Assembly (NCBI RefSeq): GCF_036321535.1
Contig: NC_087436.1
Coordinates: 48,114,001-48,178,000, forward strand
Direction of reading: 5' to 3'
DNA: 64,000 nucleotides
Source of the DNA: Camelus dromedarius
Taxonomy: Eukaryota
The notes below the pieces were generated by a model. That model worked only from the letters and a program-made list of their open reading frames with translations, was not told where the DNA came from and did not search any database. A program made the translations under genes and the position numbers. Shown here one piece after another: positions 1 through 11,640 of the stretch (within the stretch, counting starts at the first letter, position 1; each line of letters opens with the position of its first letter).

Positions 1-915
1 CCCCCAGGGTGTGGAAAAATGGACTCCTCATGTATCACTGGTGAAAATGTAAAATACTGCAGCTACTTTGGAGAACATTTTGGAAGTTCCTGAAAAGTTA
101 AACATAGAGTTATCATAATATCCAGCAATCTCACTTTAAAGTTCATAATCACATTAATGATACAATGCCTCTAAATTGGGGATTTGAGACTTGCAAATAT
201 TAACTACTATATATAAAATAGATAAACAACAAGTTTCTTCTGTATAGCACAGGGAACTATATTCAATATCTTGTAGTACTCTATAATGAAAAAAATAATA
301 TGAAAATGAATGTATGAATGTATATGTATGACTGAAACATTATGCTGTATACCAGAAATTGACACATTGTAAACTGACTATACTTCAAAAAAAAAAGAAT
401 ATGCAATTAAAAGAAAGAATGGTGCTACGCAATATATATAATATATCAATGTTTATAGCAACCTATAAACATTTATAATACCCTAAAAGTAGAAACCACT
501 GAATTGCCCATCAGTTGATGAATGGATAAGAAAAATGTGGTTCATTCATAAAATGAAGTATTATTTCGTCATAAAAGGCAATGAAGTAGTGATATATGCT
601 ACAACATGATGAACTTTGAGAATATTATGCAAAATGAAAGAGCTTAGGCTCAAAAAGCCACATATTGTAGGATGCCATTCATAAGAAATGTCCAGAATAG
701 GCAAATTTATACAGACAGAAAGTAGATCAGTGATTTTCAGGGCTACTGTCAAGGAGGATTGAGCACAGGGTTGTTTTTTGTAGGGATGACAAAATTCTGG
801 GATTTCATAGTGGTAGCAGTTGCACAACATTGTGAATATAACTCAAAAACACAACTGCACACTTCAAAAGGGTAAATTTCATGGCATATGAATTATAGTT
901 CAATATATTTTTAAG
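1..915 (+). mobile_element. Old L1 (L1MB-like) ORF2 end/3' UTR, interrupted by a younger L1 3' end
   Basis: L1 3' motifs: 'ctggtgaaaatgtaaaatactgcagctactttgga', 'ccatcagttgatgaatggataa', 'atgtccagaataggcaaat', ending 'ggtaaatttcatggcatatgaattata'. Confidence 0.85.
172..396 (+). mobile_element. 5'-truncated young L1 3' UTR with poly(A) (artiodactyl/camelid type)
   Basis: 'gtatagcacagggaactatattcaatatcttgtag...ccagaaattgacacattgtaaactgactatacttc' followed by an A run; homologous to L1 3' ends at 2022-2282 and ~35900-36270. Confidence 0.9.
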
Positions 916-1324
916 AAGAATAAAGCTGTATTATTTTTTAAAATTAACCATTAAGTGAAAAATGATCCACATTAAAAAATGTAACTGACTTGGAACGATA
1001 TTTTTAGATATTAGAAATTCAAAAAGCTCATTGTTACCCATTTTTTATTAACTTCCTCAGTCTTGATTATGTGTAGTTAACTATAATTCAATATAATTAT
1101 TATTACATTTTAGAGCTTTTATATTTGCTTTGACTTGGCTAAGCAAAACAACAAACGTAGCCCACTTACTTTCTATTTTAAATCATCAACTATCACTATT
1201 GAGCCATGATCAGTAAGCAGGTTGATGAAACGTGAAGAACCCTGTGGTCTGTGAAATTACATTTGAGCAACTGCTGCTTTTGGGTAATTTTCCCTCTTAT
1301 AAGAATTTCACCCTGCATAGTAAT

Positions 1325-1565
1325 ATTATAATAATTGTATTTTTGAGCAACCCCTTTGTGCCAAGCACTGTTCCAAATACTACATACATTAACCTACTAA
1401 ACTTCATAATCACCCAATGAAATAGGAATTTTTACAGCTCCCCTATAACAGATGAGAATGATACAGTAACAGCTTAGGTCATTTGCCCAATTTATTAACT
1501 TAATAAATGATGAAGCTAGGATTTTAAAAAAGCGTGTTCTCTCATGTGTTAACCACTGTGCTATG
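1325..1565 (-). mobile_element. MIR SINE
   Basis: Reverse-complement MIR motifs 'tgtgccaagcactgttc', 'acagatgagaat', 'ggtcatttgcccaa', 'aaccactgtgctat'. Confidence 0.75.
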
Positions 1566-1721
1566 TTTGCTCTCTGTGTTATCACAGTTTACGTTTTGTT
1601 CTTAAATTTATAGATCCTAAAATAAAGTGCTGTGGTTATTTTGGATAAATATTTTCGAATGATTAAAGAAAACTATATTTAAATTATTATTTCAAATTTT
1701 TTTTTTAAAATAATCCTTTAT

Positions 1722-2900
1722 CATTCAGAAGTAACTCATGGGCAGGGAGTATGTCAAAGGGACAGAGGAGCCAAACAGAAAGAGCTCTGAAAGCCAGAGC
1801 TAGGACAACTTGAGCTACAAAGTAAAGTACTGGATTATAACTCCAAACATAAAATACATACCAACAAGTCCATAATGATAGAAAGAAATTATTGAATAAA
1901 GAAATAAATGGGAGAGGAGAGGCAAATCTCCCACAGAGACAGATTTCAGATACTTTACGTAGATACTTTTGCCCCCAAGGAGTCGGAGGACAACTCTACT
2001 CCTTAAAAATGGGCTGTACATCAAACACAGAAAACAAACTACGGTTACTAAAGGGAAGAGGGAGGAAGGGGAGGGACAAATTAGGAGTATGCGGTTAACA
2101 GATACAAACTACTATACATAAAATAAATAAGCAACAAGGATTTACTGCATAGCACAGAAAATTATATTCAATATCTTATAATAACCTATAATGGAATATA
2201 ATCTGGAATATATAACTGAATCACTTTTCTGTAAACTGAAACTAACACAATATTGTAAATCAACTATTTTCAGTAGTTTTTTAATGGGCTGTACATAATG
2301 ATTTCCTTTCACAAGTATGGTACAGAAAGGCTGGGGGAAGAGTAACTTTGCAGTGGGGAAACCTGACAAACACTACCTCAGTCACGTGACCAAGGTTAAC
2401 ATCAGTGTTAAGTCATGTTGATGCATGTATCCCAATATGATGTGGGGAGAATGTCACTTCACCTCTGTGATTTTTTGCTCTAAAACCTATACCCCAGTCT
2501 CACTAACCTTGAGAAAAAAATCAGGCAAACCCTAATTGAGAGACATTCTACAAAACACTGGACCAGAATCCTGAAAAACTGTCAAGTTCACCAAAAACAA
2601 GAAAAATTTATGAAACTGTCATAGACCAAAGGAGGCTACAGAGACATGATGACTAAAAACCACGTATATCCTATATGAAATCCTAAAATAGAAAAAGACA
2701 TTGAGGGAAACTAGTGGAATCTGAAGAAACTGTGAAGTTTAGTTAATTCTAATGTACCAATGTTGGTTACTTAGTTGTCACAAATATATATCATAATAAA
2801 ATGTTAACAAAGGGAGAAAATGGGTGTAGGGTATACAAGAACTCCACATATTATCTTTGTATTTCTCTGTATATCTAAAAATATTCTTTAAGAAGTTTTA
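1722..2900 (+). mobile_element. L1MC-like 3' UTR, interrupted at 2022-2282
   Basis: 'gagtaactttgcagtggggaaacctgacaaacactacctcag', 'ctgtcaagttcaccaaaaacaag', 'aatgtaccaatgttggtt', 'gtatatctaaaaatattctt'. Confidence 0.85.
2022..2282 (+). mobile_element. 5'-truncated L1 3' end with 14-bp TSD
   Basis: L1 3' UTR motifs ('tagcacagaaaattatattcaatatctt'); perfect direct repeat aatgggctgtacat at 2008-2021 and 2283-2296. Confidence 0.9.
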
Positions 2901-2976
2901 TTTATTTATTTATAAACATTTGAAAAATATAAAGCTTAAAATTTGGGAAAGATTTTTTACCAACTATGGAAAACAC

Positions 2977-3310
2977 TGTAGAATGTCTCAGCCAGCATCC
3001 ACTTCCTATCAATTTCTCTTCTATGTTCTCTACTAGCTATTTACCTAGATTCCTTAGTACTTGTGAGTGGCCATGTGTTAACATTCTATCCAATGAGACA
3101 TAGGAGTTTTCTGATGCTATCTTTTCTCCCGCCTGGAATTTGGAAAGGATGACTGGTGCAACAGGCATGGACTAGGAGAAAAATGTCCTAATGTCATTTA
3201 GCCCTCTTACCAATTAAAACTTGGTTTAAAATGAAGGAAATAATACTATCATGCTTAAGCCACTGTTGTCAGGTCATAAGTTGCCTGCAGCAATAAATTC
3301 CTGAATCACT
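2977..3310 (+). mobile_element. Old ERVL LTR (LTR33-like)
   Basis: 'gtggccatgtg...ttctatccaatgagacat', 'cctggaat', 'gcttaagccactgttgtcagg...gcagc' resemble LTR33-type motifs. Confidence 0.55.
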
Positions 3311-5914
3311 TCCACTGCTACTTTCTCTTAGTTATCTCTATTACCTTCAAAGCTTCAGCCATGCTACTTGTTTATTTGCCCAAGTTCAAACTACCAAAGT
3401 CATATATAAACTTCTGTTTTCTCTAATCAAGTGCCTAATTTTGGACACTCTAAAAGCAGCAGACAGTAGATAGATGGAAGAGGGTAAATATTATGGAAGC
3501 TTCAGCATGCTATTCACTATAAACCGACACAGATGCATTTTATTTTGCGCTAACACTCAGCTAAGACTTCAGACTCTACTGAGACTATCAAATGAACTAT
3601 GTTCAGCATGGAAAAAGGCCCACCCACGAGACTGTGATTCTCCTAAATAACTTTTTACACATACTTTAGTTACCTTCAGATGCATATGTCTAAAATTGTC
3701 ACAGTAAGAAATCGATCATGGTCATGGATATTTATAACTACAGGAACTTCTTAACAATCGTGATCAATTATGGACCAGCTCCCTAAGGAAAGTCTTAACT
3801 GAGAATTTAGAAAGTGTGTAATAATTTGTGTTTCACAATTTGATATGGTAACTTTTAGTTTTATGATTCTAGAACATCAAACCCAGTTTGTAAAGTGCTG
3901 TATGATGGTTAAATAAATACACCAAAGTCAAAGGCTTTCACCAAACATCTATTTGCTAATGTTGTAGCTATGGAAATACTTGTGTGTTTTTATAGCCTAT
4001 GTAAAATTGTATAATAGTAACAGTGTATCTCTAAATATTAAATTAATATATTTATCTTAAAAAGGTTGAAAAATAGACAATATAAGACAAACAGATATAA
4101 AGTCTGTATATGCACTTGTTTGTGTGAATTCTGTATGCATATACAGACACATGTGAAAACTAAACGTGTACATTTTCCTGACAACCAAAGGTGACTTAGT
4201 AAACAAACATTTTCATGTAAAGCGCCCCATTTTTTCTTTTTATTTGCTCCTTTTTTTCCCCTCTTTTTTTTCAGATTTATTTTCCTTCTTTTGGTTTACT
4301 TTCAGTATATTCAAAGGAAACATTGCAATAAATTATGAATGGCTGATTTCAAATCCTTGAAATAAAACCATTAAACTCGTCATTTATCTCTGAAAAATCT
4401 CTGAGTTCTCTTCCTAGCACAAGGGGAATAAAATCAGAGAAAAGAAGACAAATAATTCAGAAAATACTAAGTACAATAATTATTTCATTGTAACATAATA
4501 GAACTTTTGATATTTGACAACTTCTTGGATGAATTCCAGTAACCAATAACAAACTGCAGAACTGTAAACACATAGCACTTAGGCAATTTCTCTGCTGCCC
4601 TTTGCTTGTTAAACCAAAAAGGAAGTTAATATTTAGAAGGAACTGGTCTTTAATCTCTACCCTCCAATCCAACACAAAGATATTTTAATAGCCACAAAAA
4701 AGCACATGCTTAGACAGGGGAAATGTTTCTCGGGTTTTTTCCTACTTATTTTTATTGATTTCAACTTGGCATCATCAAATATGCTTTTGAAATTTCTCAA
4801 TGAAAAATAAGATTTGAAAGGCAAAACAATAAAGCCTCTAGAAAAACATCTTCATGAGACTTTTGGAGTTGTTAAAAACATTTAAAAGGATGTAACATGG
4901 ACTAACTATAAAAATTTTTCATAAATATGAGTACATTAAATTGAACAATTTTTATTTGTTTGAAGATACTTTTAAGAGCCAAAACTGGTCATCCACAGGT
5001 TGGGAGAAGTTTATTTGCAATGTATATTACCAGCTAACATCTTGTATCAAGAACAGAAATAAAGAAAACTTAAAAAGTCAAACAACTCAACAGAAAAATG
5101 GAAACTAATCTTGAAAGGATATTTCACCAAAAAAAAAAAAAAAGCTATCAAATGATTAAAAAGCATCTGAAAAGAAGCTCAGTTTCTTTACCTGTGAAAT
5201 GCACATTAACTGCTATGAAGTATAATCACGCACACACACAGGCACTATAATGGTTAAAATTAAAATGAGATAAAATACTAAGTTTTGGCAAAGATATGGA
5301 ACAACAGGATATTATACACTTTTTTGTGATTGTAAATCAATATAATCACTTTGAAAAAATTGTTGGCATTATCCACTAAAATTTAATCAAATTATACTCT
5401 ATGACCAGAAATTCCACTGCAAAGTATTAACATGGACACAGCTTTTAACATCAAGTATTCCTATAAATAAATTTATCTTTTGAAATGAGTTTTATAGCCT
5501 AGACCTTGTATGTACTGACCTGCATAATATCAAAAATATAGTTGTATACTTTTATTATATATCTAAAAACAAAGCCTACAATAAAACATTAAAGCAATCA
5601 TGACTGAATCTTAAAACATCACAAAACACCAAAAACGCACATATATGTTCAGCCCAAGACATGTACAAACATTCAGAGCAGCATTATTTGTAATAGCCTA
5701 AAACTGGAAATAACACAAATGTCCATCCACAGTAGAACAGCTACAAAATGAACAAACTAATGTCACACATAAATGCTACGTATATAAACATAAATAAATC
5801 TCTTTAGTGAAAGAAGCTAGATATAAAAAGAATACATAATACATGCTGATTTCATTTTTATAAAGCTCCAACTTGGCTAAAATTAAACTATAGTATTAGA
5901 AATTAGAATATTGG

Positions 5915-6108
5915 CAGGGAGGGTATAGCTCAAGTGGTAGAGTACATGCTTGGCATGCAGGAGGTCCTGAGTTCAATCCCCAATACCTCCTCTAAAAAAA
6001 ACAAATAAGTAAACCTGGTTACCTGTCCCCAACCAAATAAAATAAAATAAAATAAAATAAAATAAAATAAAATAAAATAAAATAGTCTCTTCATATTAAA
6101 AAAAAAAA
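5915..6108 (+). mobile_element. tRNA-derived SINE (camelid vic-1-like) with 17-bp TSD
   Basis: Head 'gggagggtatagctcaagtggtagag' (A box) and 'gagttcaatcc' (B box); A-rich tail with (AAAAT)n; TSD agaaattagaatattgg (5898-5914) / agaagttagaatactgg (6109-6125). Confidence 0.9.
6035..6084 (+). repeat. (AAAAT)~10 pentanucleotide microsatellite in the SINE tail
   Basis: Directly visible tandem repeat. Confidence 0.95.
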
Positions 6109-6489
6109 AGAAGTTAGAATACTGGTTAACTTTGGGATGAAAAATGGGAGTAATTATAGGGGTTAATATGAAGGGAGCTTCTTGGTTCCTGATAATGTTC
6201 TATCTTTTTAACTTCTTGACCTATTCACTTATAAAATTATACTTTGCTGTATGTATATCATACCTCAATAAAAAATTGATTGAAAATAAAGTTGTAATGC
6301 TATAATTGGCTTTCCAGGTTCAAAGCATTGACAGAGACATACATTTTATGTAATACAATACCTGATGCAAGATATATACATGCTTTTAAAACTAAGACCT
6401 AGAGCTGTGTTACAATTTACTTACTATCAAATGTTAAGTAAAAAATTTTTAAATAAAAAATTCATATTTTTTACTCTCATTTTTGTATG

Positions 6490-6570
6490 TGGTGTGTGTG
6501 TGAGAGACAGAAGGAGACAGACAGAGACAGAGATGCACAGAGAGAGACAGAGAAGAAGAGAAAGACAGAG
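6490..6570. repeat. (TG)n/(GA,GACA)n simple repeat
   Basis: 'ggtgtgtgtgtgagagacagaaggagacagacagagacagag...'. Confidence 0.85.
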
Positions 6571-6935
6571 TTCCTAATTGTGTGGCAATTTGTTATGGAA
6601 TTCTTTTCTGGGTCAGATTTTTTCAAAGGTTTTGTCCCAGTTTTCAAAACTAAAGTTAGTTTTTAGAGACAAATGGCTTAATTACAACAACTGTTGGAAA
6701 AACATAGAATTTAATGCCATCAGTGAAGTTTTTCAGAACAAAATTTTGTGACAAGATTAAATTTGATCACCAATAATTCACTTTAAAACAATTAATATGA
6801 AATGTATAGATCTTAAGGAAAGAAAAGATACACTTAAACTGACAAATCTAGAAACTATAAAAAATAAAAATGGCAGGGGAGTCTTAGAACTCAATCTCAC
6901 TTAGTACAAATTGCACTATACAAATGAGAAAATAT

Positions 6936-7288
6936 ACATCCAGCATAGTACTCAATGGTGAAAAACTGAAAGCCTTCCCACTAAAATCTGGGACAAGACA
7001 AAGATGCGCGCTCTCACCACTTCTATTCAACATAGTCTTGGAAGTCCTAGCTATAGCAATCAGGCAAGAAAAAGAAATAAAAGGGATCCAAATTGTAAGA
7101 GATGATGTAAAACTGTCACTATATGCAGATGACATGATACAAAAAAACCCTAAAAGATCCACACACAAACTACTATAGCTGATAAAATAATTTAGTAAGG
7201 TAGCGGGATACAAGACTAACATACAAAAATCAATTGCATTTCTTTACACTGATAATGAATTAGCAGGAAAGAAACTAAAAGAGAAATC
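6936..7288 (+). mobile_element. Isolated internal L1 ORF2 (reverse transcriptase) fragment
   Basis: Translation [63 protein letters not shown] is the L1 RT core with the YADD motif. Confidence 0.95.
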
Positions 7289-8495
7289 ACTGAAACCAAA
7301 GAAGTAATAACTTATATTTGAAAAAATGTTCAGTAATTTAATTTCTAGTTTTCCTTCTATTCTTTTTAACCCCATAGCAATATTAAGAATATAAAGTTGG
7401 TTTCTTTAAAGTATTTGAAACATATTTCTTTTCTAATAGCATTATGTTTTGGCTCTTCAAAGTGTTCTATTGACATTTTCAATATCTGAAATGGAATTGT
7501 TGAACTCAAAGTACACTGAAAAAATACTGCAGTGAAACTCACTATAGGCAACACATTAAATCCATGGAATCCATTATACCCCAGGTGACTCAGTATTAAT
7601 GGTAATGAAACAGAAACCAAGACCATTTCTAACTGTAGAGTAGAACAACTTTCAGTAGTATTTCTTCAGTTGAATTTTTATCTTATTAATTAATAAAGGG
7701 CTCATTCCTAAATACCAGTCATATGCTCTATATACACTGCCTTAGAAAATTAAGAAAGTCCTGCTAACATTCTTGATTTTTTTTAACTCCATTATCTAAT
7801 TATTCCAAATTATATGTCAAGGTACAGATTTGCAAAAAAACAAAACAAAAAAAACAGTGACTTGAAGATTATTTCTTAAATGCTTGGAAACTTTGTGGTG
7901 TGAGGATTATATTTATCCTAATTTATCTCTGTAAGCATACACAGACAGACGCATTAGCATCAAGATGCTGGTTTCCACAAAGTACAGGAAGTTCTCCAAC
8001 TTTGGTATTTATGTACTTTTTAAAAAGTTATAACAGTTATCCAGATCTGAAAATGTAACCCATAACTTATTTATCATTGACAAATGTGTTCTTGCTATTT
8101 ATGTATCGTAACAGATTTTAAACCACTGAAGAAAATAAATGAAAAAGTTTCTTTTACTGAAAACAGCTGTAGCCGACTCAAAATTAACTATTTCAAAGAT
8201 TCATGGAAAGTTCCAGAAGGCAGGCTAAAGGCTGAAATGGTACAAATTTTATAGCATTCCTATATCAGAGTTTTAGGATAATCATATATTTTCACTTTCT
8301 AAATTTGATTTTCATGAGACTAGTCCATAACAATATGTCTCTGGTCAATTTAATACATGCATTAAAAAGCTGTTCAAAATATACTGCATACTTAAATCTA
8401 TAGTTTAATTAAAAGAATTATAAAAAATAAAGAGAATATAATCATGGGTAATTTATAGAAAGATTATGGGAAGAGGGGATAAGTTACATAAGAAT

Positions 8496-8890
8496 CATTT
8501 AAAAAACAAAATTCAGCTGAGAAAATTTGCAGATCTAATCAGCTCTGTTAAACAATTTATGAATTGAGCAGCATTTCATATAATAAGTAGAGAGATACTC
8601 TGAGGAGCCGTATAATTGGAAGGTTTTCATAGGCAGAAGGAGGGTGGAACAAAGAAATTATTAGCCAAAGAAAGAACTGTTTCAGGCCAAGTCATCTTCT
8701 TTTGGGTGGAAGGGAACTGCAAGGATGTTATTATGCAGATTACTTCATTAGTGCTGATCAGGACATTTCAGATTGTCTGTTTAAAGGTCACATTCTTGAG
8801 AGAGGATGAAACTGCAATTAAGTCTTGGTTTGCTGTGCTAGGGGTAAATGACTCCATTGTGGGCCTGTTGTTTCTTTTTTTAAAAAAACA
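8496..8890 (-). mobile_element. 3' LTR of the provirus
   Basis: 8650-8890 aligns with 15602-15851 (shared 'gattgtctgtttaa.ggtcacattc', 'tgcaattaagt', 'ggggtaaa.gactc'); directly adjacent to the PPT. Confidence 0.88.
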
Positions 8891-8905
8891 ATTCTTCCCT
8901 TTTGA
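8891..8905 (-). promoter_or_regulatory. Polypurine tract (PPT) of the provirus
   Basis: Minus strand reads tcaaaagggaagaat immediately before the LTR-initial TGT. Confidence 0.8.
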
Positions 8906-9089
8906 TTAATATATGCCTAAGAGATCTGATAAAAAAAAATTAGGACATTAGTGACACTCTTTGCTACTGCTCTGTAGTTCTTACACCTTTCACTGATACT
9001 CTATGATATTCATAGGTCATTACTTCAGGTTCACAATATTTCAGTTTGTCATTATCTTTGCTCCTTCTCTAATGCTCTAGACTTACGGG

Positions 9090-9560
9090 GTCATTTGATT
9101 GGTAGTTAGCAGCTACAAACATGCATCTAAAGCTTATGAGAGAATACAGCACACTAGGGAGATTATAAGCAGGATAATTCCCAATATTTGGAGTGCACTT
9201 CAGAGCCATGGTCCCCAAGACCCAAACCAATCAAAACAAGACCCTGCTGAAGGAATTACCTTTTTAAGACAAATGTCTTGCTCAGTGATTTTACATAACT
9301 GAATTTCAACCTCCCTAGAAGACCCAATTCAGATACAGTAGATGGTGTTGGCCAAAGCACAGATACCTCCTTGTTCAGCTAAAAGAAATCAAGGGCCATC
9401 TTTTATCAAGAATAACCTTGGCTAAGAAGGATCTTTGCTGGGCAGCTGTTGTCTCAACAACAAAATCTGCCATGTCCCCAAGAGTGAAGGAGAGGTTTCT
9501 AATTATATTCCTATTTGTATTTACTCCTAACCAGGGAATGGGTCTATTCACAAGGACTGC
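9090..9560 (-). pseudogene. env: ERV env transmembrane subunit remnant
   Basis: Minus translation with small frameshifts: IPWLGVNTNRNIIRNLSFTLGDMAD..AAQQRSFLAKVILDK(R)MALDF(L)LAEQGGICALANTIYCI*IGSSREVEIQLCKITEQ..FDWFGSWGPWL*SALQILGIILLIISLVCCILS; ISD, degenerate CX6CC and TM anchor are recognisable. Confidence 0.92.
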
Positions 9561-9868
9561 TGTGTTTAACCATTCAGTCCAAGGGTTAGTCAGGTTTTTA
9601 GTGCATGTGGGAAGAGAATCTCCTAGCTTGAAATAAAGAGTCATCCTAAATGCTCTGCAAAGACGGGTGCTCCTGGAGAGATTATAGTGACTGGGGGCAA
9701 ATACGATCTAGGTAGTTATGGACAGATCAGAACCTTTGATGACAAATCTAGCAATCTGAAAGGTTACCAGAGTAACAGAAAGGAAAAGAAGAGTTCCATG
9801 CTTAAAGTATGATGTCTTTGATCCACAGTCTTAAGTGGAAGCAATCTACCTAGATGTCAGCTACTTCT

Positions 9869-10040
9869 CTACCTTGTCAATTTGATTTGGAAGTCTCCAG
9901 CATTTGTACAGGACCAGGTATCAGGTGGGGTCTTCTTTAGCTGTGGGATGTGTACCCCTGGTTCAGTTTCTTCCTGTTTTGTAGCAATGTCAGTGGTCAG
10001 TGCTTGGTAAGGTCCCTTCCAAGGAGACTTAGGGGCAGTC
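9869..10040 (-). pseudogene. pol: ERV integrase C-terminal (GPY/F) remnant
   Basis: PWKGPYQALTTDIATKQEETEPGVHIPQLKKTPPDTWSCTNAGDFQIKLTR resembles the gamma-like integrase C-terminus. Confidence 0.88.
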
Positions 10041-10814
10041 TTTGTTCTTAGTAATTGCAAATCAGAAGGGTGGGAGAAAATTAGAAACACTAGTTTGCTG
10101 AGTCATAGCCAGATATTTGAGGAAACCAGAAGACTCAGAATCCAGTCTAGTTTACAGGTATATAACAAAACTTCAAAGACAATTAACAGAAGTAGAATCT
10201 AATATCTACAAAGAAGCAAATATGGTTTCACAATGACCCCCATTTTAACCAATGGTAATCATAGTAAAACTAATTTGTTTGTATTCAACTTGCCCTGATT
10301 ATTTATATAAGTACACCAAGAATAGTGACTGAACATGTAAACTTTTTGTAAAATTGCTCTGTTGAAACTTTTTATAAGGTGTCTCAGACTGAACTCTCAA
10401 AAGGGTCTGAAGACAGGAAACCAAGCCAAGAATACTGCCAACAGATTTTACCTGAAATACCATTTCAGTCAAAGCCTCGGTAATAAAGTCAATGTTTCCA
10501 ATTGGGTCCTGTTACAAGGAGAACAGATTCCTACTGAACTTGTGCAAAGAGATATATTGTCATGAAAATATACATACTCATTGAGAGTTTCTGAATTCTG
10601 GAGAAATCAGGCAGAGAGAAAAAGTAAATGTTTCATCTCTGTTCACAAAAGGTATACCTTACTAAATTATTGATAGCTTAAGAGAAAAGATTTCTTTAAT
10701 TCTGGGAAAAACATGAAAGAACCAGCAATATTTCAAACACAAAGTCATAAAAATTATAACTACCCTTATCAATTTATTCAGCCCTTCATTATTAATTCTT
10801 GTTTCACCTGAATC

Positions 10815-11640
10815 AGTTTCTCCATTAGTTCTCCTGACCTTGCCTGATGATTGAAGGTGATAGGGACAGTGTAATTCCAAGAAGTCTGCAAAGTTATCAT
10901 TAAGGCTCATATGATTTTCCCAGTGAAGTAGGTGCCTCAATCACTGGAGATTGTGGAAGATACACCCCAAGTGGGTAGAAAATTTTTCTAACAGTTTCAT
11001 TCTAATAGTTTCTGATAGTTTCTTTGCCACTGTGAGAGCATCAGCCTTTGGGCAGGGGAAATGCTTAAGCTCATCTAAAAATATACATACAATGATAATA
11101 AGATAATGATAACTCATACTAATTGGTGTCTGAATTAAGTTCAGCTGCAGATGTTCAAAGGGTCCAGAGGGAAGAGATCTGAGGCCTTTCAGGACAAAAA
11201 AATAGTTTTTCTAAGATGCTCTGTGGTGCCTAAAGGAATGCAAACTGAAAAATAGAGCTTGTCAGGGAGCCAGGAAGAACCAAGTAGATGTTTGGGGGTC
11301 TTTTATTGCCACAATTTTTTTTTTTTTAATTTACAGCCACTGTTTACCCAACTTAATTTCTTTAACTCAGAAGCAGATTGTTGCCATGTTACAAGAACAT
11401 CAGGATGGCAAAAGTATGGCAATGTGGGGTCATTTTTTTTGTACAAGTGGAATAGACTTCATCCACATGTGCCACAATCTTCACAGATTCTATTGTTGAT
11501 GTCTGTATAGAAGTCATCCAGGGCACTTCCTTGATACTCAGGTTCAGTCCCATTAGTGTGAGCCTCAATTTTGATAACAGCGATTTCAGAAGGTAAGAGA
11601 ATATCAGTAAGAAAGTCATGTACTTGTTGCTCATTGTCAA
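10815..11640 (-). pseudogene. pol: ERV pol remnant: RNase H C-terminus and integrase core
   Basis: QQVHDFLTDILLPSEIAVIKIEAHTNGTEPEYQGSALDDFY (RNase H end); PSGPFEHLQLNLIQ..FPCPKADALTVAKKL..PTWGVSSTISSD*GTYFTG..LHCPYHLQSSGKVRRTNG (integrase core, first D and E substituted). Confidence 0.92.

Larger units (their letters stand above)
4790..6290 (+). mobile_element. Fragmented old L1 (L1ME-like) ORF2 end/3' UTR hosting the SINE
   Basis: 'atactaagttttggcaaagatatggaacaac', 'ctatgaccagaaattccac', 'gcagcattatttgtaatagcc..aactggaa', 'atacctcaataaaaa'. Confidence 0.7.

Noticed and set aside
3670..3790. Minus-strand exon candidate (ctttccttag..GAAG|gtaact)
   Set aside because: Stops in all frames, modest splice signals, no other support.
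5915..5990. tRNA gene
   Set aside because: A and B boxes present, but it has an A-rich tail and TSD and no proper acceptor stem; it is a SINE head.
7366..7640. 86-aa minus ORF or 90-nt exon candidate (LEMVLVSVSLPLILSHLGYNG..)
   Set aside because: No recognisable protein and a weak donor context; consistent with chance in AT-rich DNA.
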